Assembly: GCA_965368175.1 (NCBI GenBank)
Contig: CBDULX010000002.1
Location: 1 to 46,442, forward strand
Direction: 5' to 3'
DNA: 46,442 nucleotides
Source: an uncultured Gammaproteobacteria bacterium
GTDB lineage: Bacteria > Pseudomonadota > Gammaproteobacteria > SZUA-229
Shown here one piece after another: positions 9,173 through 18,639 of this stretch. The notes under the pieces were generated by a model. It made no database searches, was not told the DNA's origin, and saw nothing but the letters and a program-made list of their open reading frames with translations. How positions within the stretch are numbered: the stretch's first letter is position 1; every line of letters starts with the position of its first letter. The translations under genes and the position numbers were made by a program.

Positions 9173-10756
9173 ATGAACGCTGTAATTGAAGAACACCACG
9201 ACCATAAACCCAAAGGTATTGGACGTTGGTTATTCAGCACCAACCACAAAGACATTGGCACTATGTATCTGTGGTTCAGTTTTACTATGCTTTTTGTGGG
9301 TGGCACACTTGCACTGATTATACGCGCAGAACTGTTCCAGCCAGGCATCCAGATTGTTGAACCTGAATTTTTTAATCAGTTAACCACCCTGCACGGCTTG
9401 ATTATGGTATTCGGTGTCATCATGCCTGCTTTTGTGGGTCTGGCTAACTGGCAGATACCTATGATGATCGGTGCCCCGGATATGGCCCTGCCCCGCATGA
9501 ATAACTGGAGCTTCTGGTTACTGCCAGCGGCCTTTGGTTTGCTGTTGTCCAGCCTTGTCATGAGTATCATGGGCATGGGTTCAGCCCCCAACTTTGGCTG
9601 GACTTTTTATGCGCCACTGTCGACCACTTATGGACCCGAAAGCACTGACCTGTTCATTTTCTCAGTACATATCATGGGTATATCATCGGTTATGGGTGCG
9701 ATTAATGTTATTGCAACCATCATGAATATGCGTGCTCCCGGCATGACCTATATGAAGATGCCTATCTTTGTATGGACCTGGTTTATCACTGCCTATCTGC
9801 TGATTGCCGTTATGCCAGTGCTGGCCGGCGCTGTAACTATGATGCTGACCGACCGGCACTTTGGCACCAGCTTCTTCAATGCAGCGGGTGGTGGAGACCC
9901 TGTATTGTTTCAGCATGTGTTCTGGTTCTTTGGACACCCTGAAGTCTATATTATGATTTTGCCGGCATTTGGTATCATTTCTCAGATAGTACCCACCTTT
10001 GCCCGTAAACCTCTGTTTGGATACACCTCAATGGTTTATGCAACAGCTTCCATTGCTTTACTGTCATTCCTTGTATGGGCTCACCATATGTTTACCACAG
10101 GTATGCCGGTCGCTGGTGAGCTGTTCTTCATGTATGCCACCATGTTGATTGCCATTCCAACCGGTGTGAAAGTATTTAACTGGGTTAGTACCATGTGGAA
10201 AGGGTCTATGACTTTTGAGACACCCATGTTATTCGCCATAGCTTTTATCTTCCTGTTTACTATTGGTGGATTTACCGGGCTTATGCTGTGTATAGTGCCT
10301 GCTGACTTCCAGTACCACGACACCTACTTTGTAGTCGCCCATTTCCATTATGTACTGGTCACAGGTGCCTTATTCAGTATCATGGCAGCGGTATATTACT
10401 GGTTGCCAAAATGGACCGGTAATATGTATGACGAGAAACTCGGTAAGTTACATTTCTGGGTAACCTGCATTTCTGCAAATGTGCTGTTCTTTCCGATGCA
10501 CTTCCTCGGTCTCGCCGGAATGCCGCGACGTATACCCGACTACAATCTGCAGTTTGTTGAATTTAACCAGATTGCAACCATCGGTGCTTTTGCCTTTGGT
10601 TTTTCACAACTAATTTTCCTCTATCTGATTGTTAAAACCATTCGTGGTGGTGAAAAAGCCAGTGATAAAGTATGGGAAGGTGCTACAGGTCTTGAATTCA
10701 GCCTGGCCTCACCTGCCCCATTCCATAGCCACACCACACCACCAGAAGTGAAGTAA
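9173..10756 (+). CDS. coxA: cytochrome c oxidase subunit I
   Basis: 527 aa, 12-TM haem-copper oxidase signature ([25 protein letters not shown]). Confidence 0.97.
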   Translation: MNAVIEEHHDHKPKGIGRWLFSTNHKDIGTMYLWFSFTMLFVGGTLALIIRAELFQPGIQIVEPEFFNQLTTLHGLIMVFGVIMPAFVGLANWQIPMMIGAPDMALPRMNNWSFWLLPAAFGLLLSSLVMSIMGMGSAPNFGWTFYAPLSTTYGPESTDLFIFSVHIMGISSVMGAINVIATIMNMRAPGMTYMKMPIFVWTWFITAYLLIAVMPVLAGAVTMMLTDRHFGTSFFNAAGGGDPVLFQHVFWFFGHPEVYIMILPAFGIISQIVPTFARKPLFGYTSMVYATASIALLSFLVWAHHMFTTGMPVAGELFFMYATMLIAIPTGVKVFNWVSTMWKGSMTFETPMLFAIAFIFLFTIGGFTGLMLCIVPADFQYHDTYFVVAHFHYVLVTGALFSIMAAVYYWLPKWTGNMYDEKLGKLHFWVTCISANVLFFPMHFLGLAGMPRRIPDYNLQFVEFNQIATIGAFAFGFSQLIFLYLIVKTIRGGEKASDKVWEGATGLEFSLASPAPFHSHTTPPEVK

Positions 10757-10784
10757 ATGAGACTGTAGAAGCTGGGAGAACTAG

Positions 10785-11366
10785 ATGGTGACCACGCAAA
10801 ATACAAACGGAAAAATAATCAGCAGATTACTGATGCTGGTTGTATTCATGTTCGGTTTTGGTTTTGCGCTGGTTCCTATATATGATGTGTTCTGTGATAT
10901 TACTGGTTTGAATGGTAAAACGGGAAGTCGAGTCGAATTGTCAGAACTGGCTGTAATCAATAAAAACAGACTGGTAAAAATTCAATTTATTGCCAGTCTT
11001 AATGAAAACATGCCGTGGGAATTTAAACCTCTGACTCGAACTATCGAGGTTCATCCAGGTGAACCGACAACGATAAAATACCGTGCAAAAAATCTCACAC
11101 AACATGCTATCACCGGGCAGGCTGTTCCCAGTGTGGCACCGGGACTGGCAGCTGCCTATTTCCAGAAAACCGAATGCTTCTGTTTTACAGAACAAAGGCT
11201 GGAAGCGGGTGAGGAAAAGATCATGCCTGTCATCTTTATCGTAGACAGTTCAATACCTGAAGAAATTAATGAGTTGACACTGTCATACACTTTTTTTATT
11301 AAACCATCGGAATCGACCCGAAAGTCACATCTGGTGGACAATAACTATCAGGAAAACCAACTATGA
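10785..11366 (+). CDS. ctaG: cytochrome c oxidase assembly protein CtaG/Cox11
   Basis: N-terminal TM helix, PIYDVFCDITGLNG, and copper-binding CFCF motif (KTECFCFTEQ). Confidence 0.9.
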   Translation: MVTTQNTNGKIISRLLMLVVFMFGFGFALVPIYDVFCDITGLNGKTGSRVELSELAVINKNRLVKIQFIASLNENMPWEFKPLTRTIEVHPGEPTTIKYRAKNLTQHAITGQAVPSVAPGLAAAYFQKTECFCFTEQRLEAGEEKIMPVIFIVDSSIPEEINELTLSYTFFIKPSESTRKSHLVDNNYQENQL

Positions 11367-12235
11367 CAACAAACCATGGTGATTATTATATACCTGAACC
11401 CAGTAAATGGCCTTTAGTAGGAACCATTGCTCTGCTAATCACGGCGATAGGTGCAGCTACAAGCATCCATGGTGGTGGCCCCAACTTGATAATGGGTATA
11501 GGCTTTCTGTTAATTATTTACATGTTATTTGGCTGGTTCAGTTCTGTTATCGACGAATCCATGAAAGGCTCATATAACGAGCAGGTAGACCGTTCGTTTC
11601 GACTGGGCATGATGTGGTTTATTTTTTCCGAAGTCATGTTCTTTGCCGCATTTTTTGGCGCCCTCTTCTATGCCCGAAATTTTTCTGTACCCTGGCTTGG
11701 CGGTAGTAGCAATAATTTCATGACACATGAACTCTTATGGCCTGCTTTTGAAGCCATATGGCCAGTGCTAAGCAATCCAGATAATAGTACTTTCATTGCC
11801 CCCAAAGAAGCTATGGCACCAACCGGCTTACCCGCAATTAATACCGCAATCTTACTGGCATCCAGTGTAACCGTTACCTGGGCACATCATGCGTTGCGCT
11901 CTAATAATCGTTCTCAGCTCATTATTGGGCTGACTACTACTGTTATTCTCGGTATTATCTTTGTATTTTTACAGGCGGAAGAATATATAGTTGCTTACAG
12001 AGAAATGGGGCTGACTCTTGCTTCAGGCATCTACGGCAGCACCTTCTTCATGTTGACCGGGTTTCACGGTTTTCATGTAACCATGGGGGCCACAATGTTA
12101 TTAGTGATATTAATCCGTAGTATCAAGGGTCATTTCACTGCTGATAACCATTTTGCTTTTGAAGCAGTGGCCTGGTACTGGCATTTTGTAGATGTGGTCT
12201 GGTTGGGCCTGTTTATTTTTGTTTACTGGCTCTAG
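11363..12235 (+). CDS. coxC: cytochrome c oxidase subunit III
   Basis: 290 aa with typical FFAAFFGALFY, TGFHGFHV and WYWHFVDVVW blocks. ATGA overlap with the ctaG stop. Confidence 0.95.
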   Translation: MTTNHGDYYIPEPSKWPLVGTIALLITAIGAATSIHGGGPNLIMGIGFLLIIYMLFGWFSSVIDESMKGSYNEQVDRSFRLGMMWFIFSEVMFFAAFFGALFYARNFSVPWLGGSSNNFMTHELLWPAFEAIWPVLSNPDNSTFIAPKEAMAPTGLPAINTAILLASSVTVTWAHHALRSNNRSQLIIGLTTTVILGIIFVFLQAEEYIVAYREMGLTLASGIYGSTFFMLTGFHGFHVTMGATMLLVILIRSIKGHFTADNHFAFEAVAWYWHFVDVVWLGLFIFVYWL

Positions 12236-12240
12236 TGGCC

Positions 12241-12468
12241 TTAAGGTAGACCATGGGGTGTAATCAGCCCCGTGGCCTGCCCTATTAACAAAAGAATAAA
12301 AATAAAAACCGACAAACCGATTCTCCAGGTTAAAGCTTTTAGCATCTTATCCGACTGTCCTTTACCCTTAACTAGATGTATCATGGCAGAACCAAGACTA
12401 ATTAAGACAATAAGAAGTAAAGCAATAATAATTATTTTAAAAATCAAGAGTATTTCCTCACACGGCAA
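12241..12468 (-). CDS. DUF2909-type small two-TM protein, antisense within the cox gene row
   Basis: 75 aa, two TM helices with loop KGKGQSDKMLKALTWRIGLS and C-terminal ITPHG. TTG start at 12468, so the start is uncertain. The overlapping plus-strand ORF 12272..12472 is not protein-like. Confidence 0.65.
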   Translation of the reverse strand: MPCEEILLIFKIIIIALLLIVLISLGSAMIHLVKGKGQSDKMLKALTWRIGLSVFIFILLLIGQATGLITPHGLP

Positions 12469-12480
12469 GTAACCGTTTTT

Positions 12481-13260
12481 ATGAATATAAGTAGTTTTCT
12501 TAATATCCCCCTTTTTACCATAAGTTTTGGCAAACTGGAATTCAAGCCTGGATTAATTCCGACATTAGTTACCCTGGTCTTTTTATATTTACTTGTTTCA
12601 CTTGGTCAGTGGCAGTTAGACAGAGCCGAATATAAAGACAATATACAAAATACGATTAATCTTCGAAAAGATCTGCCTCCCATTGAACTGGGTATGGCAC
12701 CTGCTGACATTGATGAACGTATGTTCCTGCCGGTTATTGCCCATGGAGTATTTGACAATAAACATCAGATTTTGCTCGACAACCGTGTCGTTAACCATCA
12801 GGCAGGATACGATGTTTATACACCCCTGATACGCGAGAATGGCCCGGCGGTACTTATTAATCGCGGCTGGATCAGAACCGGGAGAACACGGCAGGATATA
12901 CCAGACATATTCGTCGAAAATCATCGGACAACAATTACAGGTATACTTAGCAGGCAGCCATCCCATGGTCTGGTTTTGTCAGAAAATGTTAATCAGTACC
13001 AGAAATGGCCGGCTACTGCTCAATTTATTGATCTGGATGAAATAGAATCATCATTAGGTTATTCAGTGTATCCCATGATATTAATACTTAATGAAAATCA
13101 TGCATCCATATTACATCGAGAACCCATGTCTTTTACAATGAATAGTGCAAAGCATTTAGGCTATGCATTCCAGTGGTTTGGCCTGGCCACCGCATTATTT
13201 ATAATTTATTTAGTCGTTAACACCAAACGTGGAAGCAACAGTAATGACAGAACAAGTTGA
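12481..13260 (+). CDS. SURF1/Shy1-family cytochrome oxidase biogenesis protein
   Basis: 259 aa with TM helices at both ends. Contains LGQWQLDRAEYK and VLINRGWI motifs typical of SURF1. Confidence 0.85.
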   Translation: MNISSFLNIPLFTISFGKLEFKPGLIPTLVTLVFLYLLVSLGQWQLDRAEYKDNIQNTINLRKDLPPIELGMAPADIDERMFLPVIAHGVFDNKHQILLDNRVVNHQAGYDVYTPLIRENGPAVLINRGWIRTGRTRQDIPDIFVENHRTTITGILSRQPSHGLVLSENVNQYQKWPATAQFIDLDEIESSLGYSVYPMILILNENHASILHREPMSFTMNSAKHLGYAFQWFGLATALFIIYLVVNTKRGSNSNDRTS

Positions 13261-13843
13261 GCAAAAAACAGAAAGAAAAAATACCACTCTGTGGTTACTG
13301 ATATTAACCTTTGCAGTTCCGATAATTGGTGCCTATGCCTATTATTTATTTGCGGATGATCATACTCTTGGAAATCATGGAGATCTGATCCAGCCTGTTA
13401 TTCAGATTGAAGACCTGGCATTAACAGATATCAATGACGAGCTAATAGCCAGAGATGAACTAATACATCGCTGGAAAATGTTATATGTTGTGGGAAGTAA
13501 TTGTGATAGTGCCTGTCAGCAATCATTATATTATATGCGTCAGATCAATACCGCTTTAGGAAAGAATGCTGGTCGTTTTAAGCATATGATTATACATCTT
13601 AATGTAATGTCGCCTGAGTTCCAGGAGCTTATCAGAAAAGAACACTCAGCTGCACAGCATAGTTATGCAGCCAATGATAAAATTTCTGAAGTATTTTCAG
13701 GCCCAGGTAGAGAACATGAAACTAACGCTATTTATATCATGGATCCTCTGGGGAACATTATGATGCGCTTCAGCTATGGCACATCACCTAAACTGATACT
13801 GAAAGACCTTAAACGTTTATTAAAAATATCCCGCATAGGTTAA
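13244..13843 (+). CDS. membrane-anchored thioredoxin-fold, SCO-like CxxxC protein (cox-locus associated)
   Basis: One N-terminal TM helix. WKMLYVVGSNCDSAC parallels SCO1 HWTLIFIGYTNCPDVCP, and IYIMDPLGNIMMRF parallels the SCO beta-strand. ATG 13244 is preferred over the track's GTG 13229 and overlaps the SURF1 3' end. Confidence 0.6.
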   Translation: MTEQVEQKTERKNTTLWLLILTFAVPIIGAYAYYLFADDHTLGNHGDLIQPVIQIEDLALTDINDELIARDELIHRWKMLYVVGSNCDSACQQSLYYMRQINTALGKNAGRFKHMIIHLNVMSPEFQELIRKEHSAAQHSYAANDKISEVFSGPGREHETNAIYIMDPLGNIMMRFSYGTSPKLILKDLKRLLKISRIG

Positions 13844-13871
13844 AGTTTATTATCTATCTGTTATGTAAAGC

Positions 13872-14099
13872 TTATGACTGTGTGCCAGCGGGCAGTACAA
13901 GTTGTACAATCGTAATAATTACAGTAATAAATATCACCACAAAAATCAAACCTGCAATAATATAATATATGGGCTTACCCTGTTTGAAGTCGCGCTGGCG
14001 ATTTTTTTCCGACTGGACGCCGATGGCGGCCGCTAACACACTTTGTACTATACTAAAAAATGTAACCTTACTATCATTACTGTTATTGCTGTCTGTCAT
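13872..14099 (-). CDS. DUF2970-type small membrane protein
   Basis: 75 aa. FFSIVQSVLAAAIGVQSEKNRQRDF followed by one TM helix, matching the DUF2970 pattern. Confidence 0.6.
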   Translation of the reverse strand: MTDSNNSNDSKVTFFSIVQSVLAAAIGVQSEKNRQRDFKQGKPIYYIIAGLIFVVIFITVIITIVQLVLPAGTQS

Positions 14100-14325
14100 A
14101 AATCACCTTTATAAGTTTTATTGACATATTAATCTGATAATACACCTATAACTCGATATGTCTGTCTTGTAGGCCTGCAATATTTAATTATAGATTCAAT
14201 TAATCTGTCGGTATTCGATTCCTGATCAATAAGTTCTATAAACCTGTTCTATATTTCAGGAGTATACTCTGATCAATTCCGGTTCTCTATTGAGTTATTC
14301 TACTCTGCACAAAAAGGAGACCAAA

Positions 14326-14832
14326 ATGAAAAAACGTTTATATTATCTGCTTTCTGATATTCCTGTTACCCGTAAAATTGTCGATGAACTTTTACTGGCA
14401 CGTATTCCTGAGTCTCAAATACATGTATTGGCCAGGGACAATACGTCAATGGATGATCTTCCAGAAGCATCTTTTATGCAAACCTCAGATATCGTTCATG
14501 GTATAGAAACCGGCCTGGTAATTGGCGGTTTAACGGGTCTTGTAGTCAGCTTAATTGCAACAATATCCCTTGAACTTGGCAGCATGGTAGGTGTAGTCAT
14601 TCTTAGCTGCACCTTACTTGGTTCATTAGTTGGGATATGGACCTCAAGTATGGTAGGCAGTAATGTAAGAAATAGCCAATTGAGTGGCTTTCAAAGCGCT
14701 ATTGAAGATGGCAAGGTACTGCTAATGGTTGACATTCCACAACAAAGAGTCTCAGAAATAGCCAGCAAAATCGAATCACACAAACAGGTACATAAAGAAG
14801 GATCTGAACCCTCTATTCCTGTATTTCCATAG
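14326..14832 (+). CDS. membrane protein with glycine-zipper TM core (DUF1269-like)
   Basis: AGGAG then ATG at 14326 (the track's TTG 14290 is less likely). Soluble N- and C-terminal halves flank the Gly-rich segments GLVIGGLTGLVV / LLGSLVGIWTSSMVG. Confidence 0.55.
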   Translation: MKKRLYYLLSDIPVTRKIVDELLLARIPESQIHVLARDNTSMDDLPEASFMQTSDIVHGIETGLVIGGLTGLVVSLIATISLELGSMVGVVILSCTLLGSLVGIWTSSMVGSNVRNSQLSGFQSAIEDGKVLLMVDIPQQRVSEIASKIESHKQVHKEGSEPSIPVFP

Positions 14833-14855
14833 CCAGTTTGAGTGTAATATTGCAA

Positions 14856-14886
14856 TTACCGGTCTTCAAGCTTTGAAGACCGGTAA
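14856..14886. terminator. perfect 14-bp hairpin between convergent genes
   Basis: TTACCGGTCTTCAA (14856-14869) / TTGAAGACCGGTAA (14873-14886) with a 3-nt loop. No U-tract on either side. Confidence 0.5.
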
Positions 14887-14911
14887 CATTTATAATCAAC
14901 ATTTTCGGTTA

Positions 14912-15499
14912 TTAGACAGCGCCAATAAAATTCATCAGGAACACACCGGCACCAATCATCGTAACCAGCATAACAAGTCCAATAGTGATTACCCAGGTAG
15001 AATACATGAAACCTTCATCTTCTGGGATATGCATAAAAATAGGCACACCCACATAGAGTAAATACACAGATGCTGCAACAGCTAGCATACCTATAGTTAC
15101 ATTGATGTAAAGGACGGGATACAAAGCAGATAAGCCAGCTGCAAACAAAGGAACAGAAGTAAACGCAGCCAGTTCCATACAATGCACCATCGATGGCTTA
15201 ACATTAAATGTCTCAGCTAACCAGCAAATACCATAACCCAGGCTATAAACGCCGATATTTAATGTTATAAAAGTAGCTATGGCAATCTGGAATGCCTTAT
15301 CGTGACTAACTATAAATGCATCCTTAACCCCAAAATCCCAGCCTATATACACAGAAGCGATATAAATACATACAGTCGGTATCAGGGATAACATAGCGAC
15401 ATGCAAAATAATATCACTTAACTTAGCAGGTACTTTGTCAGCATTTTGCAGGCTTTGTTTTGGTTCATAAAACATGTGAGAAAAATGTTTGGCAAGCAT
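14912..15499 (-). CDS. Yip1/DUF1282-family membrane protein
   Basis: 195 aa. Soluble ~30-aa N-terminus, then five TM helices, an arrangement typical of bacterial Yip1-domain proteins. Confidence 0.55.
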   Translation of the reverse strand: MLAKHFSHMFYEPKQSLQNADKVPAKLSDIILHVAMLSLIPTVCIYIASVYIGWDFGVKDAFIVSHDKAFQIAIATFITLNIGVYSLGYGICWLAETFNVKPSMVHCMELAAFTSVPLFAAGLSALYPVLYINVTIGMLAVAASVYLLYVGVPIFMHIPEDEGFMYSTWVITIGLVMLVTMIGAGVFLMNFIGAV

Positions 15500-15772
15500 A
15501 AAAAACTCCCATATAGCATTTTGTATTCTTTATACAATATTTTATTAAAGTGAACTTGTATAAATGTTTGTGGATATAACCATTACGCAGATCATGATCA
15601 AATTGATAAATTACACCATCAATTCAATCTTAACCAGATGCTATATGATGAATAGTTACGATTATTATCATCGGCTTCTCCTAAGGGGGGTACCTGTTAT
15701 TTTGCCAGGATGTCATAACCAGAAATACAATATTGCGCTGATATAATGAAATTCTGTAACATCTTAGCGGCC

Positions 15773-16687
15773 TTAAATTCCCAGGCCACGAAAAAGTATA
15801 CGCACATAGTGATCAACAAGGAAAAAAGAAAATAATGCACTTAAGTAAAATATCGAATAACCAAAAGTTTTCATGGCATGCTGATCACTGTCACCGGTGT
15901 TATACAGTTTGATAGCGTGATACAAAAAACCGATGCCAAGAGCCACCGCGCCAGCCAGGTAAATCAGCCCTGTCATATATATGACAAAGGGCATTAATGT
16001 TACCGATACTAACATCATGGTATAAAGCAGAATATGCAGTTTGGTAAACACCACACCATGAGTGACAGGCAGCATAGGCAAGCCTGCCCTGGCATATTCG
16101 TCTTTTCTTTTTATAGCAAGTGCCCAGAAATGAGGCGGGGTCCAGACAAAAATAATAAGGAATAACAGTAAGGCTTCAGTATTTACTTCACCAGTCATGG
16201 CTGTCCATCCAAGTAATGGTGGGGCCGCGCCTGCCGCACCACCAAGTACAATGTTTTGTGGTGTAGTGCGTTTTAGAAACATGGTATATATAACCGCATA
16301 CCCAACCAGTGAGGTCAAGGTCAATAATGCTGTTAAGGTATTAACAAAGGTCAGCAGTATAAGCATTGAAAGCACTGCCAGTCCGAGTGCAAACGTAAGT
16401 GCCGAATAACTGGATAATTCACCACTGGGCAATGGACGGTTCCTGGTTCGTTCCATGATACTGTCAATGCGCTGGTCGACCCAGTGATTTAGCGCAGCAC
16501 CTGAGGCTGATGCCAGAGCAATTCCGATAGTTGCGGCAAGAAAAGTATCAAAAGGCAATAATCCTGGTGTTGACAGTAGCATGCCAACAATTGCTGTAAA
16601 TACAATCAGGAATACGACTTTCGGTTTGCAGAGATTGTAATATTGTCTAAAGGGAATAGTGGTTTGTTTTATAGCTATTTCGTTCAT
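15773..16687 (-). CDS. ctaB: protohaem IX farnesyltransferase (haem O synthase)
   Basis: 304 aa UbiA-family prenyltransferase. Motifs NHWVDQRIDSIMERTRNRPLPSG and WTPPHFWALA. 4-nt overlap with the upstream ctaA. Confidence 0.93.
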   Translation of the reverse strand: MNEIAIKQTTIPFRQYYNLCKPKVVFLIVFTAIVGMLLSTPGLLPFDTFLAATIGIALASASGAALNHWVDQRIDSIMERTRNRPLPSGELSSYSALTFALGLAVLSMLILLTFVNTLTALLTLTSLVGYAVIYTMFLKRTTPQNIVLGGAAGAAPPLLGWTAMTGEVNTEALLLFLIIFVWTPPHFWALAIKRKDEYARAGLPMLPVTHGVVFTKLHILLYTMMLVSVTLMPFVIYMTGLIYLAGAVALGIGFLYHAIKLYNTGDSDQHAMKTFGYSIFYLSALFSFFLVDHYVRILFRGLGI

Positions 16688-17754
16688 ATCGAATTTATTA
16701 TCCTGTCTTCTTGGGGGGAGTGCAGCAGAAAATTTAAAACAATTAATGAGAGCAAAAGTAAGGCTGCCACTGCGTTATGCGACACGGCAACCGGTATAGG
16801 CAATAGTAGCAATACATTTGCGATCCCTAGAGAAACCTGGGCAAATAATAACACCAGAATAGTAACACTGACTTTTTTAACCAGTGTGTTTCTGGTTTTT
16901 ATTATTAAGCTTACTGCCATGCCTAGTAGTACAACAAATGTAATGAGTGCACCAACACGATGCATAAAGTGCACAGTAACACCTGCTTTATTTGACAATA
17001 CTCCACCTTCATAATTAACGTTAAACTCTCTGATGAAAGTAAAGGCTTCTACAAAATCAGTTTCCGGAATCCATTGCCCCTGGCAGGTTGGAAAATCGAT
17101 GCAATAAAGCGCAGCATAATTAGTGCTTGTCCAGCCACCCAGAAATATTTGAATGGCCAGTACCACTAAACCAAGTTTTGCCCATTTAACCAGGGCAGCT
17201 GGACAACTTATTTTATCTAGTTTTGATTTCCATGTACTACGCTGCTTTAACACCAGCCAGAACAAAAGAGATAGAGTTAACAGACCGGCTAGAAGATGCA
17301 GGGTCACTATAGCAGGCTTGAGCAGCAGGGTAACCGTCCACATACCAAGCAGGCCCTGAAAAATGACCAGGCCGACTAAAAATAAAGTCAAAAATAAAGG
17401 CTGTGTTTGCTGCCTTCTTTGTTTCCAGGCAATATAAGCCAAAAATAATATTAGCAAACCAAGAATACTGGCAAAATAGCGATGTAGCATTTCCTTCCAG
17501 GCTTTGCTGCTATCTATTACAGAATCTGGATAAATTAATCTTGCTTTGGAAATTGCTTCTGCATCGTCTGGTGCCATTAACTGCCCATAACAGCCTGGCC
17601 AGTCCGGGCACCCTAGTCCTGCATCAGACAGGCGCACGTAAGCCCCTAGAACTATAACGAACAGTGCAAGAATACAGGCAGTAAGACTAATTTTAAAAAA
17701 TAACTGATTGCTCATATATTTATAATTATTGACGGAGTAAATACCGTAATACAT
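16684..17754 (-). CDS. ctaA: haem A synthase (COX15/CtaA)
   Basis: 356 aa, 8 TM. Motifs GLGCPDWPGCYG, MLHRYFA and HFMHRVGA. The true start may be the internal ATG at 17715 (MSNQLFF...). Confidence 0.9.
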   Translation of the reverse strand: MYYGIYSVNNYKYMSNQLFFKISLTACILALFVIVLGAYVRLSDAGLGCPDWPGCYGQLMAPDDAEAISKARLIYPDSVIDSSKAWKEMLHRYFASILGLLILFLAYIAWKQRRQQTQPLFLTLFLVGLVIFQGLLGMWTVTLLLKPAIVTLHLLAGLLTLSLLFWLVLKQRSTWKSKLDKISCPAALVKWAKLGLVVLAIQIFLGGWTSTNYAALYCIDFPTCQGQWIPETDFVEAFTFIREFNVNYEGGVLSNKAGVTVHFMHRVGALITFVVLLGMAVSLIIKTRNTLVKKVSVTILVLLFAQVSLGIANVLLLLPIPVAVSHNAVAALLLLSLIVLNFLLHSPQEDRIINSI

Positions 17755-17947
17755 CCTATATCATGCATTATGCAGGAGCAATCCTAAATATGTGATTGTT
17801 ATTAAAATTTATGTTTTTTATATATTTAGAATATACTTATTTAATTCTAGTAAAACTAGCCAATATCGAATATATTGCAGTCAGATAATCTGTAGTTTTA
17901 ATGTGTTAATCAACTAAATAATAATATAATTTTTTACTTGTGAGCTT

Positions 17948-18616
17948 ATGAATAAAAAAATCATTAATAGATTCGTCCTGATTGTTGTTACAGTCTCAGC
18001 TGTTTTAGCCGGTATATGGCTTGGATATTTGACACAAAACAATAATCATTCTACAGCAGACAGTACACCCGCAATACAGGGTGCCATATTACCCAGGGCA
18101 CGGGCATTGAAAGAAGTTCATCTGCAATCAACAGATAATAAACCTTTCACTATTGACGATTTCAAACAGCACTGGACCCTGATTTTTATCGGTTACACTA
18201 ACTGTCCAGATGTATGCCCTAATACACTAAGTGTACTCAGTCAGGTCGACATACTTATGCATGAACAGAACCTGGCTCCACCGAAAATTATATTCATTTC
18301 TATTGATCCACAACGAGACAAGCCTGAATTGATAGAACAATATGTAAAATATTTTAATAAAGATTTTATTGGCATCACTGGTGATGAAAGAAATCTGGCA
18401 TCAATAACAAAACAGATGAGTGCCGTCTACGCTAAAGCACCTGGTGCGGATGGATTAATTAGTGATGATAATTATTTAATGGATCATAGTTCTTCACTGA
18501 TTCTTGTAAACCCAAGGGCGCAGGTACAGTCATTCCTGACCGCGCCTCACACACCTATGCAGATTATAGACAGTATTATTAGAACTCAGGTTTATTATAA
18601 CGAAACAAAGCAATAA
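17948..18616 (+). CDS. senC: SCO1/SenC copper chaperone
   Basis: N-terminal TM anchor, copper-binding CPDVC, DPQRDKP block and conserved MDHS histidine. Confidence 0.9.
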   Translation: MNKKIINRFVLIVVTVSAVLAGIWLGYLTQNNNHSTADSTPAIQGAILPRARALKEVHLQSTDNKPFTIDDFKQHWTLIFIGYTNCPDVCPNTLSVLSQVDILMHEQNLAPPKIIFISIDPQRDKPELIEQYVKYFNKDFIGITGDERNLASITKQMSAVYAKAPGADGLISDDNYLMDHSSSLILVNPRAQVQSFLTAPHTPMQIIDSIIRTQVYYNETKQ

Positions 18617-18639
18617 ATTAATTATCAGGAGCTCCCTGG

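Noticed and set aside
8247-11341. Series of antisense or out-of-frame ORFs across coxB, coxA and ctaG (8247-8429, 8638-8859, 9142-9348, 9376-9591, 9683-9937, 10081-10323, 10621-10806, 10941-11195, 11156-11341).
   Set aside because: They overlap unambiguous haem-copper oxidase genes and show no motifs or start-site support.
12272-12472. 66-aa plus-strand ORF that would keep the coxC-SURF1 gap on the operon strand.
   Set aside because: The translation (MACPINKRIKIKTDKPIL...) is basic, not hydrophobic and not protein-like. The minus-strand frame gives a clean two-TM DUF2909-like protein.
14873-15746. Small plus-strand ORFs 14873-15061 and 15564-15746.
   Set aside because: The first starts inside the terminator hairpin and overlaps the Yip1-like gene in antisense. 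The second is an A+T-rich intergenic ORF with no RBS and an implausible composition.
16197-17657. Plus-strand ORFs overlapping ctaB and ctaA (16197-16409, 16643-17014, 17153-17359, 17403-17657).
   Set aside because: These are shadow ORFs opposite well-supported haem O and haem A synthase genes.
13844-17947. Inverted repeats marking the breakpoints of the putative ctaA-ctaB inversion.
   Set aside because: I compared 13844-13871 with 17755-17947 by eye and saw no matching inverted sequences. The inversion idea is kept only as a low-interest synteny observation.
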